DNA of 64,000 nt from contig CAZAFA010000001.1 in the NCBI GenBank assembly GCA_964484655.1, positions 31,242 through 95,241 of the forward strand, given 5' to 3'. The DNA comes from an uncultured Candidatus Saccharibacteria bacterium (GTDB taxonomy: Bacteria; Patescibacteriota; Minisyncoccia; UBA6257; 2-01-FULL-56-20). The translations under genes were made by a program, and so were the position numbers. Below are positions 48,378-57,334 of this stretch, in pieces. Under the pieces are notes generated by a model. That model was not told the DNA's origin and did no database searches. It saw only the letters and a program-made list of their open reading frames with translations. Position 1 is the stretch's first letter; each line of letters starts with the position of its first letter.

Positions 48378-48408
48378 GGAAAAGGCGGCCCGAAAGGCCG
48401 CCTTTTCC
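48378..48408 (+). terminator. Rho-independent terminator after tRNA-Leu
   Basis: ggaaaaggcggcc-cgaaa-ggccgccttttcc. Confidence 0.55.
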
Positions 48409-48423
48409 TCGTCTCCCCATACT

Positions 48424-48451
48424 TGCTATTTATAGAGATTATTGTATAATA
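48424..48451 (+). promoter_or_regulatory. Sigma70 promoter TTGCTA-16-TATAAT
   Basis: Perfect -10 TATAAT at 48446-48451, in an AT-rich spacer before the gene at 48497 (RBS aggaaaagg). Confidence 0.5.
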
Positions 48452-48496
48452 TATGCAGCCCGAAAGGGAATATCTTGAAAACAGGAAAAGGAAAAT

Positions 48497-49789
48497 ATGA
48501 TCAAAAATCTGTCGCTGAGCATCGCCGTGATGCTTACGCTTTTCATCGGATCCGTCTGCGCGCAGACGGTTGGCAGCAACCCGGCCTTCGACGGCTGGAA
48601 TTGCAATGACCCGTCGGCGGAGCCGGGATTCTGCACGCGCACGCTTTCCAAGTCGGAGACGGCTTGGGACTTCGCCGGAACCCTCTTCAACAACCATTCC
48701 CTGTGGAACCGGTTCGTGGAAGACAATCCCGACAAGACCATTGTCCGGAAGGATGCGAAGGGGAATCCCATTCTCATCTGGAAGGAAGGTGCGACGGTCC
48801 GCATCCGCAAGACCGACCTGACCAACATCCAGAACGGAACGGTCGTCCCGGACGCGAAAGCGCCCGTGACCGTGACCATCCAGGAAGAGTCCTGGTGGGC
48901 GTTCCCGGGGATCTTCGGTCCGATCGCGCTCATCGTCCTAACGTTTCTCGCCGGTCTGGCGTTCGCGTATTGGCTCATCAGGAGACTCACGCGTTCCGCG
49001 CGCCTGCGCGAGAACCCGCGGGATCCCGAGTTCTTCGGGCGCCCGATGCGGAGCGACTTCGACCACACGCTGAACGTCGCGCCCACGCGTCGAGAGATGC
49101 AGCGCACGCTCAGTCGCGTCCGCGAAAGCGGCGGCGGCATCCACCAGCGTCCGTTCACGCGTCGTAAGCGCACCATCTCGGCGCGCATCACACTCCCGGA
49201 AGGTGCGACCGTCCCCGTCGAGTTCCGCAACGGAACCTTCGACGCGCGACCGATCAACAACCTCGCCTACTTCGACATCTACCACGATGGAGAAGGCGCG
49301 ATCGTGAACCTGGTCGGCGCGTTCAGCCGGTGCTCCAACGGGCTCCTGCTGGGATCGATGACCCCCGCCGAGCTCGCCCGCTTCGCGCAGGCGACGCTCA
49401 CGGACGCGAAGGTGATCGTGGAAGACCCCAATCTTCCCGCGTTCAGCCTCGATGCCGTCCACGCGTTCCTCCGCGGCCTCGCTTCCTCGGAAGCGCCCGC
49501 GCAGGAAACGCAGTCCGCGACGACCGAAGCTGCCCCGACCGGCGAAGCCGCTCAGACGCAGCCCGCGCAGGACTCCTCGCAGGCGCTCAGCCAGCAGGAG
49601 ATCCACTTCGGACGCGACGGCTGGGTGATCCGCGGCGGCAAGATCAACCTTGCCGGCGGCGCGAAGCTCGACCTCACCGAAGGCGGCGAGGTCAGCATCA
49701 AGCCGGACGGCAAAGCGTCGGTCGGCGACCTGCCGCTCAACCTCACGCCGGACGTCACCGACGTCAGCGACGAGACCCGCGAAAGCTAA
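48497..49789 (+). CDS. Hypothetical bitopic membrane protein (signal peptide, ~130-aa extracellular domain, TM, ~270-aa cytoplasmic domain)
   Basis: 430 aa. The 5' third has noticeably lower GC (~55%). No known domain. Confidence 0.5.
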   Translation: MIKNLSLSIAVMLTLFIGSVCAQTVGSNPAFDGWNCNDPSAEPGFCTRTLSKSETAWDFAGTLFNNHSLWNRFVEDNPDKTIVRKDAKGNPILIWKEGATVRIRKTDLTNIQNGTVVPDAKAPVTVTIQEESWWAFPGIFGPIALIVLTFLAGLAFAYWLIRRLTRSARLRENPRDPEFFGRPMRSDFDHTLNVAPTRREMQRTLSRVRESGGGIHQRPFTRRKRTISARITLPEGATVPVEFRNGTFDARPINNLAYFDIYHDGEGAIVNLVGAFSRCSNGLLLGSMTPAELARFAQATLTDAKVIVEDPNLPAFSLDAVHAFLRGLASSEAPAQETQSATTEAAPTGEAAQTQPAQDSSQALSQQEIHFGRDGWVIRGGKINLAGGAKLDLTEGGEVSIKPDGKASVGDLPLNLTPDVTDVSDETRES

Positions 49790-49820
49790 ACGTCCGCCGG
49801 CGCGTCAGCCCGGTAAAGAG

Positions 49821-49845
49821 AAGGACCCCATCACGGGGTCCTTTC
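49821..49845. terminator. Bidirectional terminator
   Basis: aaggacccc-atca-cggggtcctttcc. Confidence 0.5.
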
Positions 49846-50685
49846 CTATTTCGCGATCCGTACCTCGGTCACCGGGTAGGTGATGGCCATGTCCTTCCTG
49901 CTTCGGATAGCCTCGAGTATCCGGAGGTTGATGTCGCTGGCGACGCGGTTGGCATCGGCGACGGAGACCTGGTACCTGAGCTCGATCCGCACGCCGGAAG
50001 GGTCGAGCTTCGCGCGCGTGTGCGGCTTCGCGGGCGCGCCGGCGACCTCTGCGGCGATGCCCTCGAGCAGGGGGATCGCCGCGGCGACGTCGCTGTCGTA
50101 GGAGAGCGTGACCTCGACCTCGCCGAGGATGCGGTCACGCGCGCCGCCGTACCGGACGACCGGCTGGTCGAAGATGATGCTGTTGGGCAGCATGACGCGC
50201 CTGCCGGAGACGTCCTCGGCGCCGTACCGGCCGACCTCCTCGAGGTAGAGGTGCGTGAAGGTGATCGCGAGCACGTTGCCGCGCGCGAGCGTGCCGACCT
50301 CGATGCGGTCTCCGATGCGGAACGGCCGCTTGAGGAGGATGGTCATCCACGCCGCGACCGAGGCCGCGGGGCGCTGCAGGGCGAAGCCCGCCGCGGCGAC
50401 GATGACGCCGAGGCTCACGCCGAAGCCCTTCCAGGACCCCGCGTACGTGAAGACCGCGAGGATCACCACCACGACGAACAGCAGCCAGCGGAGGAGGTAG
50501 AGCGCGGGCGCGACGCGTGCGTCGCTCTTCACGCCACTCCGGGCGAGCGCCCGTCCGGCGACCGAGATGGCCACGTTGCCGATCAGGAGCGCGAGCAGGA
50601 AGGGGACGGCGACGCTCGCGACGTGGACGGCGGTATCGAGGGGGAGCGCCTGTTCGAAGCGGTCGCGCAACGCGTTGAGCATGTC
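49846..50685 (-). CDS. mscS: Small-conductance mechanosensitive channel (MscS family)
   Basis: 279 aa from MLNALRD. Three TM helices followed by the MscS beta-domain signature (TILLKRPFRIGDRIEVG...G.V..I....T.L). Confidence 0.7.
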   Translation of the reverse strand, partial: DMLNALRDRFEQALPLDTAVHVASVAVPFLLALLIGNVAISVAGRALARSGVKSDARVAPALYLLRWLLFVVVVILAVFTYAGSWKGFGVSLGVIVAAAGFALQRPAASVAAWMTILLKRPFRIGDRIEVGTLARGNVLAITFTHLYLEEVGRYGAEDVSGRRVMLPNSIIFDQPVVRYGGARDRILGEVEVTLSYDSDVAAAIPLLEGIAAEVAGAPAKPHTRAKLDPSGVRIELRYQVSVADANRVASDINLRILEAIRSRKDMAITYPVTEVRIAK

Positions 50686-50725
50686 CCCAGTGTACCAGGC
50701 CGGACCGCCTGCTACACTCGCGGCA

Positions 50726-51324
50726 TGTACCGCATCGGCATCGACGAGGTCGGGCGCGGCCCTCTCGCGGGACCGGTCGTGGTCGCGGCAGTCGCCCTGC
50801 CGAAGGGTAAGCGCTTGCCGCTCTGGCTCGGGGAGCTGCGCGATTCCAAGAAGCTCACGCGCAACGCACGGGAGGCCTGGGCCGACTGGATAAGGGCCGC
50901 GCTGCCGCATGCGCTCGCCCGCAGCGCGCCGGCGTCCGTGGATCGGCGCAACATCAGCGCCTGCGCGAACGCCTGCGCGGCACGCTGCTGGGCGCGAATC
51001 ACGCTCCAGGTCGGGGTGCACCCCGCCGCGCTCGACGGCGGGCTCTATCTCGGCTCGAAGGAGCGCCAGACCTCGTTGCCGGCGGTCACGGAGCCGAAGG
51101 CGGACGAGCGGTACCGCGAGGTCGCGCTCGCTTCCATCCTCGCCAAGGCCCACCGCGACGCGGCCATGGCACGCTACCACCGGCGGTGGCCGCGGTACGC
51201 CTTCGACCGCAACGCCGGATACGGAACCCGGGCCCACTACGCGGCGCTCCGCGAGGCCGGCCCGTGCCCCATCCATCGGTTGACCTTCCTGGGCGCTCTC
51301 GGTACTATGGGCCCACTTCCATGA
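50726..51324 (+). CDS. rnhB: Ribonuclease HII
   Basis: GIDEVGRGPLAGPVV, DSKKLT and ASILAK motifs. The track ORF (from 49330) carries a long spurious N-terminal extension. Confidence 0.8.
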
Positions 51325-51524
51325 GCGTTCCCGTCAAGCACCACACCCGCGGCAAGGTAGGCCGCCGCCGCTCGCATCACGCCCTCAAGGCGACGGCGCT
51401 GATGCCCTGCAGCGAGTGCAAGGCGCCCCTGCTGCCGCATCGCGTCTGCGCCAACTGCGGCGCCGTGCACACGCGCTCGGTCCGCAAGGCCCGCGCCGCT
51501 TCTGCGCAGCAGAAAGCATCCTGA
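51321..51524 (+). CDS. rpmF: 50S ribosomal protein L32
   Basis: 67 aa: [22 protein letters not shown]...[16 protein letters not shown], with the L32 RRSH motif and a Zn-ribbon. Its start overlaps the rnhB stop. Confidence 0.7.
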   Translation: MSVPVKHHTRGKVGRRRSHHALKATALMPCSECKAPLLPHRVCANCGAVHTRSVRKARAASAQQKAS

Positions 51525-51570
51525 GCTCATTAACCGCTCTCGCGAGCGACCCGCACCTTCCACAACGACC

Positions 51571-52032
51571 ATGGCGACCCGACACCTCATCCGGAGCGTG
51601 ATCCTCCAGTCCCTCTACGAGTGGGACTTCTACAACCAGAAAGGGGACATCGCGAAGATCCTCGAGCGCAACCTCGAGGAGTTCGCGCCGGGCATCGACG
51701 AGCCCGAGTTCGCGTGGAAGATTCTCCAGCGGATCGTCGAGCATCTCGCGGAGCTCGACGCCATGATCGTGCAGCTCGCTCCCGAGTGGCCGCTCGACAA
51801 GATCGCGATCATCGACCGCAACATCCTGCGCATCGGCCTCTCCGAGCTGCTCTACGCCGACCACAACGAGGTGCCGCCCAAGGTCGCCATCAACGAGGCC
51901 ATCGAGATGGCCAAGGGCTTCGGCGGGCAGTCCTCGCCCCGCTTCGTCAACGGCGTGCTCGGCACGGTCTACCGCGAGCGCATCGCGCCGCACGAGCCCG
52001 TGCACGCGGCGGCAGATCACCAGGATCGCTGA
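51571..52032 (+). CDS. nusB: Transcription antitermination factor NusB
   Basis: R(S/A)..LQ.LY N-terminus and [26 protein letters not shown]. Confidence 0.8.
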   Translation: MATRHLIRSVILQSLYEWDFYNQKGDIAKILERNLEEFAPGIDEPEFAWKILQRIVEHLAELDAMIVQLAPEWPLDKIAIIDRNILRIGLSELLYADHNEVPPKVAINEAIEMAKGFGGQSSPRFVNGVLGTVYRERIAPHEPVHAAADHQDR

Positions 52033-52035
52033 GCC

Positions 52036-52734
52036 GTGCCGGAGACCTCGCGCCTCGAATCATTAGAGACGTCGCTCGGCGTCCTCTTCCGCGACCGCGC
52101 GCTCCTTAAGGAGGCGCTCACGCACCGCTCGTACCTCAACGAGCACCCGCACTGGTCCCCGCGCCATAACGAGCGTCTCGAGTATCTTGGCGATGCGGTC
52201 CTCGAGCTCGCGGTGTCGGACTCCCTCTACCGCACGCTGCCCGAGGCGAGCGAGGGCGAGCTCACCGCGGTGCGCGCCGCGCTGGTGAACTTCCAGTCCC
52301 TGGCGCGCCTCGCGGGCGCCATCGGCCTCGGCCCGTACATCCGCATGAGCAAGGGGGAGGCGCGCGACCAGGGCCGCGCGCGCGAGGTGATCCTCGCCAA
52401 CGCGATGGAGGCGGTGGTCGGCGCGATCTACCTGGACGCCGGGATGGCGCCGGTGCAGACGCTCGTGGACGCCCACCTCATGCCGCTCGCCAGCGACATC
52501 CTCGCCACGAAGTCGTACAAGGACCCTAAGAGCGCCCTGCAGGAGTTCGTGCAGGAGCGCTACCGCGTCACGCCCTCGTACCGCGTCCTCGCCGAGGACG
52601 GGCCGCCGCACCAGCGCACCTTCACGGTGGGCGTCTACGTCGACGGCGCGATCGTCGGGCAGGGGACCGGCCCGAGCAAGCAGGAGGCTGAGGTCGACGC
52701 GGCCAAGCAGGCGATGAGCCAGTACGCGGGCTGA
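52036..52734 (+). CDS. rnc: Ribonuclease III
   Basis: ALTHRSY, ERLEYLGDAVLEL (RNase III signature) and a C-terminal dsRBD. Confidence 0.85.
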   Translation: MPETSRLESLETSLGVLFRDRALLKEALTHRSYLNEHPHWSPRHNERLEYLGDAVLELAVSDSLYRTLPEASEGELTAVRAALVNFQSLARLAGAIGLGPYIRMSKGEARDQGRAREVILANAMEAVVGAIYLDAGMAPVQTLVDAHLMPLASDILATKSYKDPKSALQEFVQERYRVTPSYRVLAEDGPPHQRTFTVGVYVDGAIVGQGTGPSKQEAEVDAAKQAMSQYAG

Positions 52735-52735
52735 C

Positions 52736-54871
52736 ATGGCACACCTGCTCCGTCGCATCGAGCTCCAGGGATTCAAGTCGTTCGCCAGCCGCACGGTACT
52801 CGACGTCCCTGCCGGCATCACGGCCGTCGTCGGGCCGAACGGCTCGGGAAAGAGCAACGTCGTCGACGCGGTCCGCTGGCTCCTCGGCGAGCGCGACGCC
52901 AAGCACCTCCGCGGCGGCACCGTCGACGACCTCATCTTCGCCGGCACCCCGCAGCGCGCCCGCGTCGGACAGGCGACGGCCTCCTTCACCTTCGACAACG
53001 CGTCGGGGTCGTTCCCGGTGGACGCGCCCGAGGTCGTGCTCAGCCGGCAGGTGAGCCGCGACGGGACGAGCAAGTACTTCATCAACAAGCAGGAGGTCCT
53101 GCTCCGCGACCTCGTGGACCTGCTCGCCCGGGCGCGCCTCGGCTCGCGCGGCCTCACGGTCGTGACGCAGGGCAACAGCGACGTGTTCGTGCAGGCGAGC
53201 CCCGCGCGCCGGCGCGAGATGATCGAGGAGGTCCTCGGTCTCAAGGAGTTCCAGCTCAAGAAGCGCGACGCGGAGCGCCGCCTCAAGGCTGCGGACGCGA
53301 ACCTCGCGCAGGCGCACGCCGTGGCTGCCGAGCTCGAGCCGCAGCTGCGCATGCTGCGCCGGCAGATCGGCCGCTTCGAGAAGCGCGACGCCCTCGCCGC
53401 GGAGCTCACCGCCTCCGAGGACGAGCTGTACGGCTCGCAGCTGACGGCAGCGCGCAAGGAGCGCGGCCGGCTCGAGGGCGAGCTCGCGGCGCACCGGACG
53501 ACGCTGCCCGCGCTCGAGGCCGCCCGCAACGAGGCCGCCGCCGCGCGCCAGCGCGTGGAGGACCAGGCTCCCGCCGAGCGCGAGGAGCTCGCCGAGACCA
53601 AGCGCCAGCTGCTCGCCGCGCTCTCCGCCCAGAACGAGATCCAGAAGGCGACCGGACGCCTCGAGGCGCAGATCGAGATGCTCGCGCGCCGGCAGTCCGA
53701 GCCGGAGGCGCCCGACCAGGCGACGCTTCTCGGGCTCGTGCGCGAGATCGAGCGCGAGGTCGCCGAGCTCTCCGGCATGGACGAGCTCCCGACGCTCCGG
53801 CAACGCCTCGCGAGCCTCTCGTCGCGCATCCGCGCGATCTTCGCCAAGCAGCCTGCGGCACCGGCGCCCGAGTCGGACGCGCTGCAGGACCAGCTCCAGG
53901 AGCAGCGCGCGCGCCTGCACGAGCAGACCCGGCTCGTGGAGCGCCTCGCCGCGCGCAGCGAGGAGCTCGAGGCGGGCCAGGCCGGGTTCTACGACGCCTT
54001 CAAGGCGGCGTCCGTGGCGCTCGACGACGCGCACCGCGCGCTCGAGGCGTGGCGGGCGAAGGAGCAGCAGCTCCGGTCCCTGCTCGAGCGATACCAGCTT
54101 CAGGAGGAGTCCGTCCTCCAGCAGCTCGCGCATGCCGGCCGCGGCGCCGATTCGCTCCCGGAGGTCGCGCACACGCTCGGGCACGAGGACGTCGCGCGGC
54201 TCGAGCGGCAGGTGTACCGCCTGCGCGGCGAGCTCGCTGCCATCGGCGACGTGGACGAGCAGATGCTCGCCGACGCGCGCGCGACCGAGGAGCGGCACGC
54301 GCAGCTGACCGCCGAGGCAGCTGACCTCGAGGCGGCGCGCGAGGACCTCGTCGGCCTCGTCGCCGACCTGGACCGGCGCATCACGCGCGAGTTCAGCGAC
54401 GCGATCGCCTCCATCTCCGCCGAGTTCGGGAAGCTGTTCGCCGCGATGTTCGGCGGCGGCACGGCGCGTCTCGTGCCGGTATCCGCGCGCGCAGCTTCAG
54501 AGGAGGAGGGGAGCGAGGACGAGGAGTCCGGCGCTACCGGCCTCGAGATCGAGGTGCAGCTGCCGAAGAAGCGCGCGAGCAGCCTCGAGGTGCTCTCCGG
54601 AGGCGAGCGCAGCCTCGTGGGCCTCGCCGCGCTCTTCGCGCTGGTCTCCGTCTCGCCGCCACCGTTCCTGGTCCTCGACGAGGTGGACGCGCCGCTGGAC
54701 GAGCGCAACGCGAAGCGCTTCGGCGAGCTACTCCGCAGCTTCGCGCACGAGAGCCAGTTCGTGATCGTCACGCACAATCGCGCCACGATGGAGGCGGCCG
54801 ACGTGCTCTACGGCGTCACGCTCGAGGCGGACGGCACGAGCAAGGTAGTGAGCCTGAAGGTCGCTCAGTGA
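52736..54871 (+). CDS. smc: SMC-family chromosome segregation ATPase, short (711 aa), no recognisable hinge
   Basis: N-terminal IELQGFKSF...VVGPNGSGKSNVVDAVRWLLGE. The C-terminus has the ABC signature LSGGERSLVGLAALFAL and Walker B LVLDEVDAPLD. The middle ~450 aa are coiled coil only. It follows rnc as in the rnc-smc-ftsY synteny. Confidence 0.7.
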   Translation: MAHLLRRIELQGFKSFASRTVLDVPAGITAVVGPNGSGKSNVVDAVRWLLGERDAKHLRGGTVDDLIFAGTPQRARVGQATASFTFDNASGSFPVDAPEVVLSRQVSRDGTSKYFINKQEVLLRDLVDLLARARLGSRGLTVVTQGNSDVFVQASPARRREMIEEVLGLKEFQLKKRDAERRLKAADANLAQAHAVAAELEPQLRMLRRQIGRFEKRDALAAELTASEDELYGSQLTAARKERGRLEGELAAHRTTLPALEAARNEAAAARQRVEDQAPAEREELAETKRQLLAALSAQNEIQKATGRLEAQIEMLARRQSEPEAPDQATLLGLVREIEREVAELSGMDELPTLRQRLASLSSRIRAIFAKQPAAPAPESDALQDQLQEQRARLHEQTRLVERLAARSEELEAGQAGFYDAFKAASVALDDAHRALEAWRAKEQQLRSLLERYQLQEESVLQQLAHAGRGADSLPEVAHTLGHEDVARLERQVYRLRGELAAIGDVDEQMLADARATEERHAQLTAEAADLEAAREDLVGLVADLDRRITREFSDAIASISAEFGKLFAAMFGGGTARLVPVSARAASEEEGSEDEESGATGLEIEVQLPKKRASSLEVLSGGERSLVGLAALFALVSVSPPPFLVLDEVDAPLDERNAKRFGELLRSFAHESQFVIVTHNRATMEAADVLYGVTLEADGTSKVVSLKVAQ

Positions 54872-55388
54872 AAGCCGGGAGCATGAAAATGGGCCGGCTT
54901 GTTCGCCGGCCCTCTCGTGGTTGCTGTATGTGAACGCCTTTGGCCGCAACCCGCCTCGGGCATCTCTTGTTACGGAGATCAATATTGGACTTTGGCGCCT
55001 CGTCGTAATCGCCGCGTCCTCACCGCCATTCGCTCAGACCAGGATATGGATCGCGCCTGCGGACCAGCGCTTCACCTCATTCCTGATGCGGCTATATTAA
55101 ATGAATATATCAAAGTGTCAAGTCCTAGGATTTGACAGCGTCATGGGGAAATTTCATGATTTCCCCATGTCAAAGTATTGGCACAACCCGGCCGACAGCC
55201 GCCGCGCCTGCCTTACGCAGTCCGGCGTCGTCATCAATCCCGCCTTCATGCGCGGGCCTGACCGGGTTGCTGCTCGTACGAGGTAACTGCCTCCAGCTAC
55301 GACGAGGAACGCCCCGGCTAGGCCCGGGGCGTTCCTCGTCCTTGTCCTAGAACCGCACTCTTAAAAAACGAATAAGGAGGATTCAATC

Positions 55389-56603
55389 ATGGAAAACATT
55401 CGCAGGGATCCCGCGCGGGCATTCCTGATCATCTCGACGCTCAACGCGTTCTGCGTGGGGCTCACGTTCGGGACGTACGTCCTGTTCCTGTACCACCTCG
55501 GGCTGACGCCCGTGCAGGTCAACCTGACCAACTTCGCCTTCTATCTCGGCAGGTTCTTCCTCGAGATACCGACCGGCGCCGTTGCTGACACGTACGGGAG
55601 GCGCGTCTCGTCGCTAATCGCGTTCGCGCTCTACGGCGCTGGCCTGCTGGCCTACTGGCAGGCGACCACCTTCCTCGGCTGCATCGCCGCCGAGCTCGTG
55701 CTCGCTACCGGCGCGACGTGCCTGAGCGGAGCGTTCGAGGCATGGGTCGTGGACGAGCTGAAGGCATGCGATCGGCCGGACGAGATCCGGACGCTCTTCG
55801 TGCGCGAGGCGATCTACGACCGCGTCGCCACGATCGTGGGCGCGCCGATCGGCGGGCTGCTCGCGACGGCGTACGGCATGGCAGCGCCCTGGTTCGCAGC
55901 CGCGGCAGGCATGTTCCTGCTGCTGGCGCTCGCCGCGCTGATCATGCGCGAGAGCCGCGTCGTCATGCGTCACGAGGGCCACTCCTTCGGAGAACTCGTA
56001 CGCACGGCGCAGCGCAGCGTACGCTACGCCGCTTCTCCTGGACCGGTGCGCGCCTTCCTGCTCGTCTCAGCGTGCTTCACGTTCGCGAGCATGGCGCCGA
56101 ACATGCAATGGGCGCCGTACTTCCAGGGCATGGTCGGCGGGTCGTCGGGAACGGGCATCCTGTTCTCCGTCCTCGCGCTGCTGGTCCTGGCCGGATCCTG
56201 GCTCGCGCCGCGCATGCGGCGGTGGGCAGGGGAGGACTGGGCCGGACTCGGTGCCACGCTCGTGCTCGCCGGCATCGGCATCGCCGCTGTGCCGCTGCTG
56301 CCTCTGCCGTTCTCGCTGGCGCCCCTGGCGCTCTACGAGATCGCTAATGGCATGTTCAACCCGCTCAAGAAGGCGAGCCTGAACATGGCGATCGAGACGG
56401 ACGACCGCGCTACGGTGCTCTCCTGCGAGGAGATGACCTCGAAGCTCGGCGGCGCGCTCGGCCTGTTCGCGACCGGCGTCCTGGCACAGGGCGTATCGAT
56501 CGGCGCGGCGTGGATCTGCGGCGGACTCTCCTGCCTCCTGGCAGCCTGGACTGTGTGGCACGTCCGCATCCGCCCGATACGGGCATCGAAGGACCTTTCT
56601 TAG
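55389..56603 (+). CDS. MFS transporter
   Basis: 12 predicted TM helices, with the MFS motif-A-like G.VADTYGRR between TM2 and TM3. Confidence 0.75.
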   Translation: MENIRRDPARAFLIISTLNAFCVGLTFGTYVLFLYHLGLTPVQVNLTNFAFYLGRFFLEIPTGAVADTYGRRVSSLIAFALYGAGLLAYWQATTFLGCIAAELVLATGATCLSGAFEAWVVDELKACDRPDEIRTLFVREAIYDRVATIVGAPIGGLLATAYGMAAPWFAAAAGMFLLLALAALIMRESRVVMRHEGHSFGELVRTAQRSVRYAASPGPVRAFLLVSACFTFASMAPNMQWAPYFQGMVGGSSGTGILFSVLALLVLAGSWLAPRMRRWAGEDWAGLGATLVLAGIGIAAVPLLPLPFSLAPLALYEIANGMFNPLKKASLNMAIETDDRATVLSCEEMTSKLGGALGLFATGVLAQGVSIGAAWICGGLSCLLAAWTVWHVRIRPIRASKDLS

Positions 56604-56620
56604 GAAAGGTCCTTTTTATC
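56583..56620 (+). terminator. Terminator overlapping the MFS stop codon
   Basis: gaaggacctttc-ttag-gaaaggtcctttttatc, with the TAG stop in the loop. Confidence 0.5.
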
Positions 56621-56787
56621 AGGTGGGGAATCAGGATTCAGGCGCAGGATGCCGCCCGTGTGGATAACGAGTGCGTATCCGAGGAGCTGTTGCGCAAATG
56701 CCTCAATAAAATCAAGGATTTCAAACTGTAACTTTCCGTCCACTCGTACATTTTGTGCTTCCATCCAGGTGGCGTATGATGAATGCC

Positions 56788-56816
56788 AAGTGGGGAAATG
56801 TGGATGATTCTGGGGA
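56788..56816 (+). promoter_or_regulatory. Putative MraZ operator: three direct GTGGG-like repeats at exact 10-bp spacing
   Basis: aaGTGGGGaaatGTGGATgattcTGGGGaaaac at 56790, 56800 and 56810, ~85 bp upstream of the mraZ ATG. This matches the known MraZ box architecture. Confidence 0.45.
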
Positions 56817-56899
56817 AAACGAGGCTTTTCTGGGTATAACTCCGAAACCTCGTTCCTCCAGAAGCATTCCGTTCCACGCTTGCCAATAACGATTCGTAC

Positions 56900-57331
56900 A
56901 TGTTGCTCGGAGAATATCGCCACAGCGTCGACGCGAAAGGCAGGGTAGCCATCCCGGCCAAGTTTCGCGACGAGCTCGGCACCGGAGCGATCGTGACGCG
57001 GGGCCTCGACAACTGCCTGTTCATCTTCGGACGGCACGAGTGGGAAGCCCTCGCCGCGAAGCTTATGGCGCTGCCGCTGGCCCAGGCGAATTCGCGCGCA
57101 TTCGTACGCCTCATGCTCTCCGGCGCTACTGACGTGGAACTGGACGGCCAGGGACGGGCGCTCGTTCCCGAATACCTGCGTTCCTACGCGGGGATCGAGA
57201 AGGATGCGGTCATCACGGGCCTCTACAACCGCGTCGAACTGTGGGACACGCGACGCTGGGACGAGTACAAGGCGAAGACGGAGCACGCATCCGAGGAGAT
57301 CGCGGAGCACCTCGGCGCTCTCGGGATCTGA
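56900..57331 (+). CDS. mraZ: Division/cell-wall cluster transcriptional regulator MraZ
   Basis: Two MraZ repeats with DxxxR motifs (SVDAKGRVAIP, ELDGQGRALVP). Confidence 0.85.
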   Translation: MLLGEYRHSVDAKGRVAIPAKFRDELGTGAIVTRGLDNCLFIFGRHEWEALAAKLMALPLAQANSRAFVRLMLSGATDVELDGQGRALVPEYLRSYAGIEKDAVITGLYNRVELWDTRRWDEYKAKTEHASEEIAEHLGALGI

Positions 57332-57334
57332 CGC

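Noticed and set aside
49330-50725. Long N-terminal extension of the rnhB ORF (665 aa in total).
   Set aside because: This part overlaps the well-supported MscS gene on the opposite strand and is low-complexity. The RNase HII similarity starts at M 50726.
55101-55286. 61-aa ORF inside the structured leader upstream of the MFS gene.
   Set aside because: There is no RBS, it overlaps multiple strong hairpins, and it has no conservation signal. The region is more likely regulatory RNA than coding.
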